A program made the position numbers and the translations under genes. Below, piece by piece: positions 24,532 through 37,594 of a stretch of 64,000 bases of DNA (the first letter of the stretch is position 1; each line of letters begins with the position of its first letter). The stretch lies in assembly GCF_018350175.1 (NCBI RefSeq), contig NC_058368.1, positions 113,524,001 through 113,588,000 on the forward strand. Direction: 5' to 3'. The DNA is from Felis catus (lineage: Eukaryota). A model generated the notes under the pieces. That model was not told the origin of the DNA and did no database searches. It worked only from the letters and a program-made list of their open reading frames with translations.

Positions 24532-25720
24532 AGAACAACTGGGGGGAAGCCAGATCAAAATGTTGGGGCAGCTACCAGGGTGCAGAACCGATATCAAACA
24601 GCTGAGTCACCTATCATCTTTCAGAGCAAACAGCTGTCAGAAGGAAGCACTTCCACGGCAGAGCTGAACACAGCCAGGCTTGGCTCTTACCAATGGATCT
24701 CTATGGGGTAATGAATCGACCCATCTTTAACAAGATTTTCCTGCGATTTTAATTCCATCCAAGAGTCAACCAGTGAGAAAGAACAAAATGATAGTTTACT
24801 ACCTGCAGATACACACCTTAACTTTTAAATTCGTATCTTCAGATAGGAAGGGGGTCGGGAATAAGAGGAAATTAAATCCATAAATCCACTGATTTATCAC
24901 TGCACAAACACAGAACTGGCATGACAGTAAACTCTTTTCGCAGACTGTATTTCCCCCAGAGTCAGTGCTGCAAACACAGTGGAAAATCCTGATTTGGAAT
25001 GAGAAATAATTCCGTTTTAATCTTGTTTATCTTCTTGGTCTGGTAATCCCCTGTGGCCACTGCCCACCTGGCACGTTCCTGTAAGAAAACTGTGGCCACA
25101 GTTGTTTCATTCAATTCTGTGGTTGGTTTGTGGAATGTTTTTTTCAATGTATACAATAGAGGCCATTGGGTATTGGGATTATTTTTCTTAAATAAATCTA
25201 ATACACCAACACCAAGCACCATTTATTTCAGGAATATGTTGAAAGTACAAATAACATGTAGGCAGCCTTTATGAGAGCACATGAAATGCTATCTGCAGGG
25301 AAGTTAACAGAGCCCAACAAATTAGGCTAATCTCAAGTGGACCAGGAGGAAGCAAACAGACTCACCAAAGCAAAATGCAATTAGTAACAATATTCTGCAA
25401 TTCGGCAGCTCGCGTCATCAGAGCATCTGAGGATGTGCAACATGCCTTAATTAATTCTGGCAGTGCCCTTTAGAGCCCCAAATCGCAAACTTTAGCCTGC
25501 ATGGAAATCCTAAAGTGACCTCTTTCTTGCCCTCAGAAACCCTGATTCGGGGAATCTGCCACGGGGCTTAGAAACCCTACCCTGCCTACTCCCCTAAGTG
25601 AACGTGATCATGGAGGTCTGGAAACAGCGTGATGAAATGCCCCACAGACAAAGGTATGACCACTCACCACATACACGGACCACAGCTCAGGAGAAGTAAG
25701 GGTTTGCCACTTGCTCTGGG

Positions 25721-26171
25721 GTTGCGACGTCCAATAGAACTTTCGGTGATGACGGAAAGGTTCGGGAGTCCTCACTGCCCAATACAGTAGCCACATGTGG
25801 TTGATGAGCACTTGAAACATAACTAGTATGACCGAAACACCGAACGTTTAATTGTGGTCCGTTTCAATTTAATTAATTAATTTATTTATTTTAGACAAAT
25901 TTCTGTTGTTTAATGTTTATTTATTTTTGAGACAGAGAGAGACAGAGCATGAACGGGGGAGGGGCAGAGAGAGAGGGAGACACAGAATCCGAAACAGGCT
26001 CCAGGCTCTGAGCGGTCAGTACAGAGCCCGACGCGGGGCTCGAACTCACAGACCGCGAGATCGTGACCTGAGCCGAAGTCGGCCGCTTAACCGACTGAGC
26101 CACCCAGGCGCCCCCATTTCAATTTAATTTAAACGGTCATGCATCTATGGCTTATTTACTGAACTATGCAG
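25721..26171 (+). mobile_element. MER3 (hAT-Charlie) interrupted by a SINE
   Basis: 'gtccaatagaactttcggtgatgacggaaa..cccaatacagtagccacatgtgg..gagcacttgaaa'. Confidence 0.85.
25875..26115 (-). mobile_element. Felid Can-SINE, CpG-rich
   Basis: TSD tttcaatttaatt at 25862 and 26117. Confidence 0.97.
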
Positions 26172-26299
26172 CTCTAGACCCCATAGCAGCATTTAAGGAA
26201 AAGATGGAAGTTAACTGGATTAGACCATATTCATTTCCACCTTTGACCAATTATCAGCAATTTCTTTTTCTTATCTATATACATGAACAAAATGGCATG

Positions 26300-26470
26300 G
26301 TCTGAGTACCTACTACTGTCAAAAACTCCATCAGGCAAGTTTTATAGATGAGGAAAACTGAGGCTCAAAGAGGCTAAACATGTGCTCGATGTTATAGGAC
26401 TGGACACGACAGAGTCAAGATTTGAACACAAATCCTACGATCCCAATACCACACCGTTTCCACTAAAACA
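26300..26470 (-). mobile_element. MIR
   Basis: 'ttttatagatgaggaaaactgaggctcaaagaggctaa..agagtcaagatttgaac'. Confidence 0.8.
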
Positions 26471-26619
26471 TGGAAAACATGTCGTCTCCATATATGGGGG
26501 CTCAACTCAAAACACGAAGAGAAGGTAATGGAACTGTCACCTCCCTTACCCTCAACTCCTGACATTTTTCATTATTTTCCACATATCAACTGCTATTCTT
26601 ATGCAGGGTTCTATAAATA

Positions 26620-27120
26620 CAGTATAACACAGAGAAAGGAAAAGGTCCCAGGTGCCAACCACAAACTGCAGGATTCGGCCCTCATTGGCCCCACACCACC
26701 CCCTGCCATCTGCCCCTCTGCCTTCTGCTCGCTCTGCTCTAGCCACACTGGCCTTCTGCGACAGCAACACAGCAGGCAGTCTCCTGCCTCAGGACCTTTG
26801 CACTAGCTGTTTTCTCCCCCTGAAAGGCTCTTCCTTCAGATATTCACATGACACAGTCTTTCTTGAGATCTCTGCTCAACTCTCCTTTATATGTGAGTTC
26901 TTCTGCCACTACTTTTTGAAGTTCTCTTTCTGACTCCAAAGCCACTACTCCTGGTACTGACTCCCTGAATTCTTCTCTGTAGTGTTTATCACCTGTTTAT
27001 TGTCTGTCTTCCTCTACTCCCACTGGGACATAAGCTGCATGAGGACAGGAATTGTCTTGTTCACTGATATACCCTAGCACCTGGTCCAGAAAAGGCACTC
27101 GGTAAGTACTCTGAATAAGT
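26620..27120 (+). mobile_element. L2 (L2a-like) 3' end
   Basis: 'ctctagccacactggcctt..ctgcctcaggacctttgcactagctgtt..taagctgcatgaggacagga..ccctagcacctgg'. Confidence 0.85.
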
Positions 27121-27819
27121 ACACAGATAGACAATAAAAGTTTACCTGCATGGTTCCAAGAGAGGTGTTATTTTTTGTCCTTCGTACTTTTCTAGGTGTC
27201 CCCAACAGTCTACAGTAAACATCAATGCCCCTTGCAGTCATTAAATCAATAAACGTCCTTCCCATTATCCTTCTTGGTCATCACTGGGTGGCCCGAGAGT
27301 CACCACCTCCATGAAGTCCTAAACCTGCACCTACTCTCCACCCTTCCCTCTGTGAGCTCTGCTAACAACGGCATAGAGCTAACGTCCCCTTGAAACAGAG
27401 ATTGTCAAGTCTGTGGGTCACCAAACCTGCCAGATCCAAGGAACTCAACCACAGGGGCCTGCCAATGAATCATACTCAACTTCTGTGATTTAAATAATGT
27501 AACTCCATTTCTGACGACTTTACCATTGGATAGGAGGCTAAAAATGAAAGGTCCTGGTACTTGCTGAAGTAGCTGTACATTCCCCTCCACATCAAGGCCA
27601 ACTGTAAACCCTGTTCACAATGCCGGCTTCATGAAGCTGGAGGTAGGCTCCACCTCACTGACCAGCCATGCTTAGATAATGCTTCTTAACTGGGAGGTGG
27701 GGGGGGAAGTACTGTTGGATGTGGGTTCTGATTTATACCAATCAACTATCAGCAGACTTCTGTCACATGTAAAACAATAAATGCACCGGGTAATCAGTTC
27801 ATTTCACCAAGGTCTGTCT

Positions 27820-28000
27820 CGCACATATCCCCTTACTGAATCTTCTAAGTAACTCAGTAAGGTGGGTTTTATTATTATTATTATTCCTGTTAAGAAGTTG
27901 AGGAAACTGCAGCACAGAGAGACAAGAGGATTTCTGACATGTCACGTGTCAGATAGGTAGAGGGAGAGGGGAAGCCGGAATTCAAACTCACAGCCTGTGC
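27820..28000 (-). mobile_element. MIR
   Basis: 'ttgaggaaactgcagcacagaga..gaagccggaattcaaactca'. Confidence 0.7.
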
Positions 28001-28649
28001 TTAGTTAAAGGACACAATCTCTAATTGTGAAAGTTATGAGTCAAGCTGCAAGGGTGTCCAGACAATACGGAAGTTGTGACAGGCAGCTACAAAACGTGGC
28101 ATGGCTGACTGAGTATGAACTAAAGGAGCATCCAGGCTGTGAAATTGTGCTCCTGGCTGTTCCTATGAACACTATTGTTTGACAAGTGCTGCCCAGTGAA
28201 TTGGTAGATGGAAAGGCTTTTCCACTGGCCTGAAACTAATGCAGGCCTCATAAGTAAATAGCACTCATCTGTGACAAGCACAGATAAATCCCAGTTTAGG
28301 GCTCCCCTCTGGAAGGGCTGGTGGAGGTGTCCAGATGCTCCATTGGTACAATTTATCATCCCAGAGAGACAGGTTAAAAGGTGCTCTCAACACCACGCAC
28401 AATCTTGACACAGGCTCACAGAGCAGGGACTGGGGACCTAGGATAGGATGTGGCATGCAGAATGAAGCATGGACCTCCGCAGCAGGCTTCCTGACATGAG
28501 GCCCCCTGAGCCGTCCAGCACAAGGGTGAACGGCAATAAACTAACCCCAATGAATCGTAATACGTTTGCTTAAAGAATTTTAGCTAAACTTCAAGAAAAG
28601 GCAAAAGAAGAGATAAGAAGATATATAGAATTTGTTTAATTGTACCAGT

Positions 28650-28737
28650 ATGACATATATGTATGTACACATACATTATATACATGCATATGTACATATA
28701 ATGCACACATATAATGCATATGTATGTACACACATAT
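28650..28737. repeat. Degenerate (TA/CA/TG) alternating purine-pyrimidine tract
   Basis: Read directly. Confidence 0.8.
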
Positions 28738-28979
28738 CAATCTGTGTCAGAGATTCTATCTAGTAAGGTGAGCAGGTGCCTTCAACTGAGGTACAAAAGA
28801 AGGATGTCTGTGCATATTTAATTTTAATAAAAAATAGAAAAGGTATATCAATTGGAAAAAGTACAGCTATAAACTGTAAGGGTAGAAAACAGACAAACTT
28901 TCATTGCAGAAGACCACAGTTCCACAATCTCATTGAGAAAAGAAATACAACTATACATTATATGATTAAGAGACCATAC

Positions 28980-29190
28980 TTTAATGTGGTCCACAGAAGG
29001 GTCTCTGGAGCCAGACAGACCTGGCCCTAACCTCACATCTCCCACGCACTAGCTACGAAACTTTGGGAAAGTCACGTAAGTGTCAGCTCTCAAACAGGGA
29101 TAGCTGTTTAAGAATTACATGACTCGGTATACGTAAGATAACTTTTAACACAGTGCCGTGTGTATAATGAGACTTGATCAAGGTCACTGC
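28980..29190 (+). mobile_element. MIR
   Basis: 'ctctggagccagacagacctgg..actagctacgaaactttgggaaagtcac'. Confidence 0.75.
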
Positions 29191-29951
29191 CTTCTCTTCT
29201 CATTGTGGTGGCCTGACCATAGCTCACCCTGAGCGTAGGGTGTCTGTCTGCTTGGGACATCAGAATGGGGCCTCCCCAGAGCTCCTGCGGGAACTGCAGA
29301 CATAGCACAATTTAATTTACAGTTACTTGGGATTTTGTTGATACTGATTACTAATTCAATTCCCAGTGTGATCCGAGAATAAACTAAGATGTCAGTCCTT
29401 TGAAATTTAAGTCTTATTTCATGATACATGACGGTCTTTCTTGGCAAACCTTCCATGTGCACCTGAAAACTAAGCATATGCTTCTGTGGGTGTAGTGCTC
29501 TATAAAAAACAGTCGGGCCAAGATGGCTAACAATGTTTTTCAGATCTTCTGTATTGTCACTTTTTGTTTGATTGTTCTGTCAATTACTGAAGGAGCAGTG
29601 TTGAGACTTCCCGATACCACGAAGAATCTGTGAATTTCTCCCTTGAGTTGTCTGTTTTTGTTCATCTCTGTTGAAGCTATGCTATTAGGCACATATACAT
29701 TCATGACTGTTAGCTCTCCTAAGTGACCCTTTTATTATTATGAGATGTTTCTCTTATCTCAATTAATACTCCTTCTCTGGAGGACTACTTTGTCTGATAT
29801 TGCCACTCCAATTTTCTTATGCTCATTTTTTTGGAGGGTACACATTTCTCCATGCTTTTGTTTTCAACCTGTCTCTCTATATTCAAAGAAGGTTTATAGT
29901 ACACACAGCATTTAGTATCTTCCCTTTCTACCTGACAACCTCTGTGTTTTT

Positions 29952-30172
29952 TTTTTTTTAATTTTTTTTTCAACGTTTATTTATTTTTGGGACAGAGAGA
30001 GACAGAGCATGAACGGGGGAGGGGCAGAGAGAGAGGGAGACACAGAATCGGAAACAGGCTCCAGGCTCTGAGCCATCAGCCCAGAGCCTGACGCGGGGCT
30101 CGAACTCAGGGACCGCGAGATCGTGACCTGGCTGAAGTCGGACGCTTAACTGACTGTGCCACCCAGGCGCCC
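29952..30172 (-). mobile_element. Young felid SINEC_Fc-type SINE
   Basis: Diagnostic 'cagccaggtcacgatc' and 'gggctgatggctc' (reverse); perfect TSD caacctctgtgttttt. Confidence 0.97.
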
Positions 30173-30538
30173 CAACCTCTGTGTTTTTATAAGCATGTTT
30201 CAGTGATTTACATTTAATGTAATCACCAATATGGTTAGACTCAGGTCCGACACATTCCTATTTGTGTTCTATTCTCCCTGTTCTTTAATACTCTCATTCG
30301 CTTTTCCTTCCTTCTTTGGAGTTAAGTGAATTTTTTAGTGTACCATTTTAATTCTTTTGGCTATTCTGGCTGTATCTTTCGCTTTGACATTTTTAGTTAT
30401 TGGCATAGTGGTTACAATATGTATCCTTAATTTATGACTGATTAGTTCATACTGTACCATTTAATGTAGGAAATAAAATGATTCCATTTACCCCTCCCCC
30501 ATTCTGTTCCTATGTGCCTTCCATTTTCATATCTATGA

Positions 30539-30600
30539 ATATATATATATATGTATATATATATAGTGTACAATGCATATATATATATCTTACATATACT
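30539..30600. repeat. (TA)n-rich microsatellite
   Basis: Read directly. Confidence 0.85.
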
Positions 30601-30671
30601 ATAATCTACATACATTATAAACCAAATACAGTAATTTACTTTTTTTTTTTTTTTTAAAGAACTGTATGTCT

Positions 30672-30899
30672 GGGGTGCCTGGGTGGCTCAGTCGGTTGAG
30701 TGCCCAACTTCGGCTCAGGTCATGATCTCGCAGTCCGTGAGTTCAAGCCCCGCGTCGGGCTCTGTGCTGCTGACAGCTCAGAGCCTAGAGCCTGCTTCAG
30801 AATCTGTGTCTCCCTCTCTCTTTGCCCCTTCCCTGCTCATGTTCTGTCCCCCTCTCTGTCAAAAATAAACAAACATTTAAAAAAAATTTTTAAATAAAA
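30672..30899 (+). mobile_element. Felid Can-SINE
   Basis: TSD aaagaactgtatgtct. Confidence 0.97.
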
Positions 30900-31785
30900 A
30901 AAGAACTGTATGTCTTTTAAATAAATCAAGAGAAGAAAAACTATATATAAACTGTCCTATAAAATATATCATTCATTCCTATAGATCTGTGTTGTCATCC
31001 GCCTTAGGCTGATGAAGTTCGTTTAGCATATCCTATGGTGCGCTACTACTGATAACTATTTTCTGCTTTTACTCATCTGAAAATATGTATTTCACTCTTA
31101 CGTTCACAGGATGCTTCTGCTGGATACAGATTTAAGAGGTGACAGATGTTTTTAAAGGTTCATTTTGTTTTGTTTCTTAGTATTTCAGATGCTGTTCCAT
31201 TGTCATCTGGCCTCCATTATTTGCAGATTTTTAGTTTCATTTTTAGTATCATTATTCTCACCTTATATAATGTCTTTTTTCCCCTCCTCTGGCTGCTTTT
31301 AAGAACTCTCTTTGGTTTTTAATACTTTGACTGTATTGTGCCTAAAGGCAGCTTTCTTTGTATTTATCCTGCTTTGGGTTTGCTGAGTTTGCTGTATCCG
31401 TAAGTTGATATTTTCACCAATTTAAGGAAATGTTAGGCCATTATTTCTTCAAATATTTTTTATGCCCCATTCTCTCTTTCCTTTCTCCTTCTGAGATTCC
31501 AATTACATATATATTAGACCACTTTATATTATCCCACTGGTTCCCGACACTCAGTTTTTTTCTTCTTTTTTTTAAAATTGAATGACTTTTTTTGATATAA
31601 CTTTAGATTCAGTGGCCCTTTCTTTTGCCATTTCCAATCTGCTGTTAATCCAATTCAATGAACTTTTCATTCTGGACACATTTCAATGTTAGAATTTGCA
31701 TTTTTCCAATAGTTTGCATTTCTCTGCTTAGATTCTTCAATCTATTTATTTATTCATTAAGACTGCCTGGTCCTTTAAGTCTTTG

Positions 31786-31787
<2 letters not shown>

Positions 31788-31834
<47 letters not shown>
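31788..31834. repeat. (AC)~23 microsatellite
   Basis: Perfect dinucleotide run. Confidence 0.98.
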
Positions 31835-31837
<3 letters not shown>

Positions 31838-32210
31838 GCTTTAAAATAACTGTCCTAATTCCAACATCTGAGTCATCTCAGGGTCAGTCTTGTTTAACTA
31901 CTTTGTCTCTTAACCATAGCTTCTACATTCCTATTTCTTCTAGTAATTTTTATTGTATTAGTATTGTATAGGATATATTATAGATTACCTGAATTGATTT
32001 TTTTTTAAATATTTTTATATTCTAGTGGACAGTTAATTTGGCTAGTCTGAGACTCCAAATTCAGCTTCCCTTGAAAAGGGTAGCAGCTAAACCTTCTCAA
32101 TTCCTTTAGCCCTTAAGAACTTGCTTTTTGCTGGGAACCTTCAAATCTCCCCCTTTCAAGTGAGCTCAGGAGTCAGGCAATGATTTGGACAAAGTTAAAA
32201 ATCATCTTCA

Positions 32211-32397
32211 GGGGTGCCTTGGTGGCTCAGGTGGTTGAGCGTCTGACTCTTGTTTCAGCTCACATCATGATCTCAGAGTTGTGGGATCAAGCCCCGTGTC
32301 GGCCTCCAGGCTGAGCATGGAACTTACTTGAGATTCTCTCTCTCTCCCTCTGCCCCTTTCCCCAGCTCGTGTTCTCTCCCCTTCTAAAATTAAAAAC
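32211..32397 (+). mobile_element. Older pan-carnivore-type Can-SINE
   Basis: Body 'gtgggatcaagcccc..ctgagcatggaacttacttgagattctc' differs from the felid type; TSD aaatcatcttca / aaattatcttca. Confidence 0.9.
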
Positions 32398-34297
32398 AAA
32401 TTATCTTCATACTCTCCATTCTGTTTCCTTCCTTTCTTAAAAGTCCTCCCTCACTTTCCAGATGTTCTGGTCTCCAACTTTCCAACCTACTACTAGTAGA
32501 GATTTTTCCTTGATTCCTAACCACCCCAAGCTCCAATAACTGGAGAGTACCTTCAGGTAAAAAGCCATATAAATACAAATTTTATCAAGTGCAATTCTCT
32601 TCTTTCAAAAATCAACTTCCTTGTAGATTCTTCTGACACACCTAAGCCAATAGGTTTGCTCCTCAGAGAGAAGAGACCTTTTAATAGTCTAAGACTATGA
32701 GGTTTTTATAAAGGAAAATGCTCATCCTTAGCAAAACAGGGAAGAGACCTGCCCTTGAGAATCACCCAGGCCCTTAATTGACCCCTTGTTCTCTCACCCA
32801 TGCTACCTCTGGACTCTCTAACTTGCGTTGGAACCCCCACCTTGGATGTCCAGAGCCTACACAGGGGAATGAACCTCCATCTCCAACACAGAAGGATGGC
32901 TCCTCTCTAATCATGCTCTCAGGATCTGCCCTTAGATGCTCAATGAAAGAGCAGCTCTCTAAACCTGTTCATGGCTGTCCATGAACCATTAGTGACAGGT
33001 GTCACTCAAAGCAGCTAATCAATTAAGAAGCCTCTGTGAAATTCCTACTATCTATACCTGGGGCAGCCACGGAGGAGGGGGCACCATTTGGAGGAGTGTA
33101 CATAGTAATGTTCTCTGCCAACAACAGTGGTGAACTGCTGCAGAAACAGGAATAGCTCTGTGTGAACGTCCATTCCACTTCCACCATCAGTTCCCCCTGG
33201 TCTATTCTGGAACAACAGTAAATATTAAAGCAGTACCTCCTCATGTCCTTTTTCTTGTGGATGAACTCTGTTTGAGACCACTAGGAACTCTATCAGCAAA
33301 CACATTCATTAAACCTTTCATCATTATTGTGGAGTTTGTTCTTATTTTGGGCAAGGACTGCTCAGACCAGGAAGAAGAATGACACAGTTTGGTGAACTTA
33401 GGTTGGCAAGATAATTCTGTGCCTTACACAACCTCCTATAAGCAGAGACAGTCTAGACAAAGTTTCCCCAAAACAGTACAGTTTCAGACTCACGGGTGAA
33501 TAATTTAAATGCTGGGAAGACAGGAAGGGCTGCTAAGTGTGCTGACATCCACGAGCACAATCGGTGGCCCATAATGCTGAGGGTCATAGCATTTCTCAAA
33601 CAATGTGCTTCTAAACATTACAAAATTGGACAGGCCCTTAAAGAGGCATCCTATAAATGGCCTCAACTTACTACCAAGTAATACTTCAGGACCTATAAAC
33701 AGACTACCAGGAATTCAGGCTAGCCCTACTTCAAGGAAATGGGACTTTTTAGAATCAGAATATCAAGGCAGAGAAGAAAAATCAAAGTTGATTTCAGTAG
33801 TTCTGAACCGGTATATCTGGGAGGGTATACATATCACAGAAGACCCCTTTGCTTTACAAAAGGAGTTAATCTTGAGGGTCCTTTAAAGCCACTTAGATCC
33901 CACTGAAAGTCTAGTTAAACTGTGTGTTCTCCCCCAAGAGAAAAAGCACATAACCACATGCATGCATTACAAATAATTTCAGAGGTTTGGTACACCCTCC
34001 AATGTGTCTGGGGACTCTCACATCCATTAGAAGTTCCTAAGTCCAGGTTCAGGAACTCAATAGTGCATCTCTTGTGTCCCACCCTGTCACCCCATCCTGG
34101 TGCCCAAAAATAGGGAATTTTAAGGCTAGGATTATTCTGGTCACTTTCACCACTCTATTTTCAGAGTCTCACACAGGTACAGGGCTGGTCCAATAGACAC
34201 AGGCAGATGAAAAGTCTGTTACTGTATCAGGAAACAGGAATTTCAAACAAGGAGAACAAAGAACAAAAGTTAAAACATTAAAAAGCCTATACGTACT

Positions 34298-34532
34298 GGG
34301 GCGCCTGGGTTGAGTGTCCGACTCCAGTTCAGGTCATGATCTCACAGCTCATGAGTTCCAGCCCTGCGTCAGGCTCTGTGCTGACAGCCAGAAGCCTGGA
34401 GCCCACTTCCAGGTCTGTGTCTCCCTCTCTCTCTGCCCCTCCCCCGTGCAGGCTCGCTCTTGCTCTCTCTCGCTCTCTCTCTCTCTCCCTCTCTTCAAAA
34501 ATAAACATTAAAAAAAATTTTTTAAATAAAAA
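34298..34532 (+). mobile_element. Felid Can-SINE with A-box deletion
   Basis: Head reads ggggcgcctgggt-tgagtgtccgac; TSD taaaaagcctatac(g/c)tact. Confidence 0.95.
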
Positions 34533-35164
34533 TAAAAAGCCTATACCTACTAAAAACAACAAAGACAGCATTAGTGATAACAAAAAATTACTGAAATATT
34601 TTTATCCAGGAGGAACTAGGTTTTGACAACAAAAGCTTGAATCCACACACGACACTGAAGGTAGGAAGGAAGTAGTGTCCTGTTTGTCTCAGCACGTCCC
34701 CCCGGCCCTGGCACACGGCACATTTGCCAACAGACCCTTGTTAACAGTACAGAAGCCCTGACACAGACTTCCCAGCACTCACCGCAGCTTCCACAGCCTT
34801 CCAGAGGCTCGCAAAGGGAACACACATGCTTGGCCAAGTTTAGCAGTTTTAAGCGTGCCCGGTTAGATATAAGCCTAGTTGGGCAGGGCTGGGGGACTGG
34901 ATCCGTAGAATGCGAGGACAGGCAGGAAGAGGATTTTTATAGTGGCAGGAAATTATGTGCATCCCCCAGAAAGCACTGTGGTGAGATGTGTGCCTTGAGG
35001 AACCAGCAGGGCCGATGATGGAAGCAGCTCCAGTTCTGATGGGTGAGTGGGCAGGATGTCTCAGTCCACCGAGCAGCCAGTCCATACGCTGCTCCGGACA
35101 GTGATTCATGTACCGCACGAACACCACCAGGAGAGCCTCCTCCCAAAGAAGGGGGTGATGCGGG

Positions 35165-35795
35165 CCAGACTCTGCCACGGCTGTCCGTGTGATTTCAATA
35201 AGTGACTTAACCTTTCTGTGCCTCAGCTCCTCATCTGCCAGGGGATCATCAACCTCATATGGTTCCTGAGGACGGATGTTAGTTTCCTGTTAGTCATACA
35301 GTATCTCAAACCGGGTAGCCACCTGAACCCGGAAACTTGGTGTCTCACAGATTGAGAGGCTAGATGTCCAAAACCATGGAGACAACAGGGCCATGCTCCC
35401 CCTCACACCTATAGAGGAGAAGAATCCTTCCTTTCCTCTTCTGGTAGTTGCCAGAAACGCATTCTTTGGTTCACTGCCTTACATAGCACTTCCCTCTCTA
35501 CCTCGGTCATCACTCAGCATTCTCCCCAACGTGCCCGGGTCTTTGTGTCTCTTTTCTTATAAGGACACGTCCACTCTAATGACCCCGTATGAGCTGGATT
35601 ACATGTGCAAAAACACCATTTGTGAATCGGGTCACACTCACCCATATCAAGGGTTAAGGCTTCAACGTACGGATCTGAAGGCCATAAATCAACACCTAAC
35701 AGGGAGGTTACCGAGATAGAGGCTGGCTCTCCTAGCACAGTACATGGCCACAGGAAGTACTCAATAAATCAGCAGCTCTGTTGACTGTTATCAAT
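35165..35795 (+). mobile_element. MIR split by an MLT1 LTR
   Basis: 'aagtgacttaacctttctgtgcctcagctcctcatctg' to the left and 'cctagcacagtacatggc..gtactcaataaat' to the right of the LTR. Confidence 0.75.
35277..35701 (-). mobile_element. MaLR solo LTR (MLT1C-like)
   Basis: 'tgttagtttcct..tctcacag..gaggctagatgtccaaaa..cagggccatgctccc..tcttataaggacac..gggttaaggcttcaac..aaca'. Confidence 0.85.
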
Positions 35796-35939
35796 AACAT
35801 GGACAGGCTTTGGGATGGCCATCCCCATCACCAACGGTACTCAAGGGTGCTCTACGGCAGGCATGCCATGAAGATGGTGAGCCCCAGGGACCCTCCTCAC
35901 TCATGCTCCTTCCACTGCCCTGAGACAGGCCTAGCAGTG

Positions 35940-36393
35940 TGCTGCAAAAGGAGATCCCAAAATTAAGTAAGCCTTGCTAACAGGTCATTCAAAATAGGGT
36001 GAGCAGGATGCTTAACAGGCAAGGCCTATGCACATCTCCTGTTTCAATTGTGAATGCCGTGGACTTCTGACTGTTTTCGGTTGCAATTTCTCACTGCACC
36101 TCCACCACCTTCTGGAACACATGGACTTTAGACTGAAAGGTAACCTAACGTCTATCAGCTAAACAGCCAATTGCATATTAGTCAGTTTAAGTCCCTTGGC
36201 ACCAATAAGCATCCCTTCAAAGCAGGTTCTGTGCCCTTGGGCGTTTTGCCTATATAAGTCTGCACTCCCTGCTTGCAATTTGGAGCACACTTTCAAGATT
36301 TTGGTAGACTCTGTGTCTCCTGGTCTGCAATACCTAAGACCCTACATAAATGCTCTGGATTGCTCTACAGCCTCTTTTTCTTCTTGGTCAACA
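35940..36393 (+). mobile_element. Probable ERV1-class solo LTR
   Basis: About 450 bp TG..CA unit with CCAAT (36167, 36202), TATATAA (36251), cataaa at the poly(A)-signal position and a T-rich end 'cttggtcaaca'; family and TSD not identified. Confidence 0.55.
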
Positions 36394-37303
36394 TTTTTCG
36401 CGTGGATATGCGTTTGCATAAAATGTACAAAAGCAAGCTCTTTTAACCACACCTAGTTAAGGCCCCTGTCCCTTTCCATGCCACATCCCCCTCCGTCACA
36501 TTCTATCTTATTTCAGCTAGCAGGGGAAGCCAGGTGAGAGGAATCAGGCAGAGATACATAGAGGCAGGATTCAGCGGGAGGGACTCAGAAGTTTGTGGGC
36601 ACTCCTAAGTACCCACGGTAGAATTACCGCTACCGTGATAGGCAATGGCTTTTGTGAATGTTTCCATTCACCCAGTATCATGGTAACACGGAACAGGGCC
36701 AGGAGTGAAGCCAAGAGAGCAACAGGTTTTACGGTGTCCAGCACCAGAAGTATCTGAGTCAAGAAGAACCGAGATCTGAAATCCACAGAGACAGACACTC
36801 GGTTGTGGAACCATCCTCCAGCGAGCAGACACGTAAATCACGGCTTTTTCTTGCCTGATTGAAACAGAAGTTCTCCCCCAAAAGAAGGACACTGGATGAT
36901 GCAGCATACACAATTAAAAAATGCACAAGCTTCCCTCTTTTATTTCTTGGTGGGAGTCACATGACAGAGAATTAATTGGAATCCGTGCGCTCGAGGCATA
37001 CAACATTACAAACAGCGAGTACATCTGTGTGAGAAGCGGTGTGCTCCGTGCGTCCAGTCCTCAAAAATAAAAAGCAGATTTCATCAGCCCATGCTAAAGC
37101 AAAGACTGACTTATCTTTCTAATCGCTCTGTAGAAAAGATCACAAAATTAATGTCGTATCAAGAGGCAACCAAAAAGCATGCAACAAAAAATATACAAGG
37201 GAAAACTTATTACAGAGGTGTGTCAGGCAGTTAATTTCCAATTTAAATCTGTTATTTTCTGGACTGAGGCCTGGTTGTAATAGGTGTCAGCTTTTGAAAA
37301 TTT

Positions 37304-37534
37304 GGGGGGCGCCTGGGTGGCTCAGTCGGTCAAGCGTCCGACTTTGGCTCAGGTCATGATCTCAAGGTCCGTGAGTTCCAGCCCCACGTCGGGCTCTGTG
37401 CTATCTGCTCGGAGCCTGGAGCCTGCTTCGGATTCTGTGTCTCCCTCTCTCTCTGCCCCTCCCCACTTATGCTCGCTCTTGCTCTCTCTCTCTCTCTCTC
37501 AAAAATGAATAAACATTAAAAATGTTTTTAAAAA
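37304..37534 (+). mobile_element. Felid Can-SINE
   Basis: Complete head, body, (CT)n and tail. Confidence 0.96.
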
Positions 37535-37594
37535 GTAAATCTGTAACTTTTTGATGGTTTATTTTCTCAGCCTAAACCACAAATAATTTTACTC

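Larger units (their letters stand above)
29330..32640 (-). mobile_element. Old L1 5' part (degraded 5'UTR/ORF1/ORF2 endonuclease region), split by three SINEs and microsatellites
   Basis: T-rich + strand with antisense L1 landmarks 'gaagctatgctattaggcacatatacatt', 'tttgtctgatattgccactcca', 'ggccattatttcttcaaatatttttt'; no intact frame. Confidence 0.85.

Noticed and set aside
27932..27952. Near-palindrome tctgacatgtcacgtgtcaga
   Set aside because: Short, inside a decayed MIR, and compatible with chance or a local template switch.
33058..33206. Sense-strand pseudo-exon (ttccag|149 nt|gtatag)
   Set aside because: Weak donor, frameshifting length, no match to testican sequence.
36672..36775. 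Sense-strand pseudo-exon (tttcag|104 nt|gtgaat)
   Set aside because: Weak donor, frameshifting length, no known peptide.
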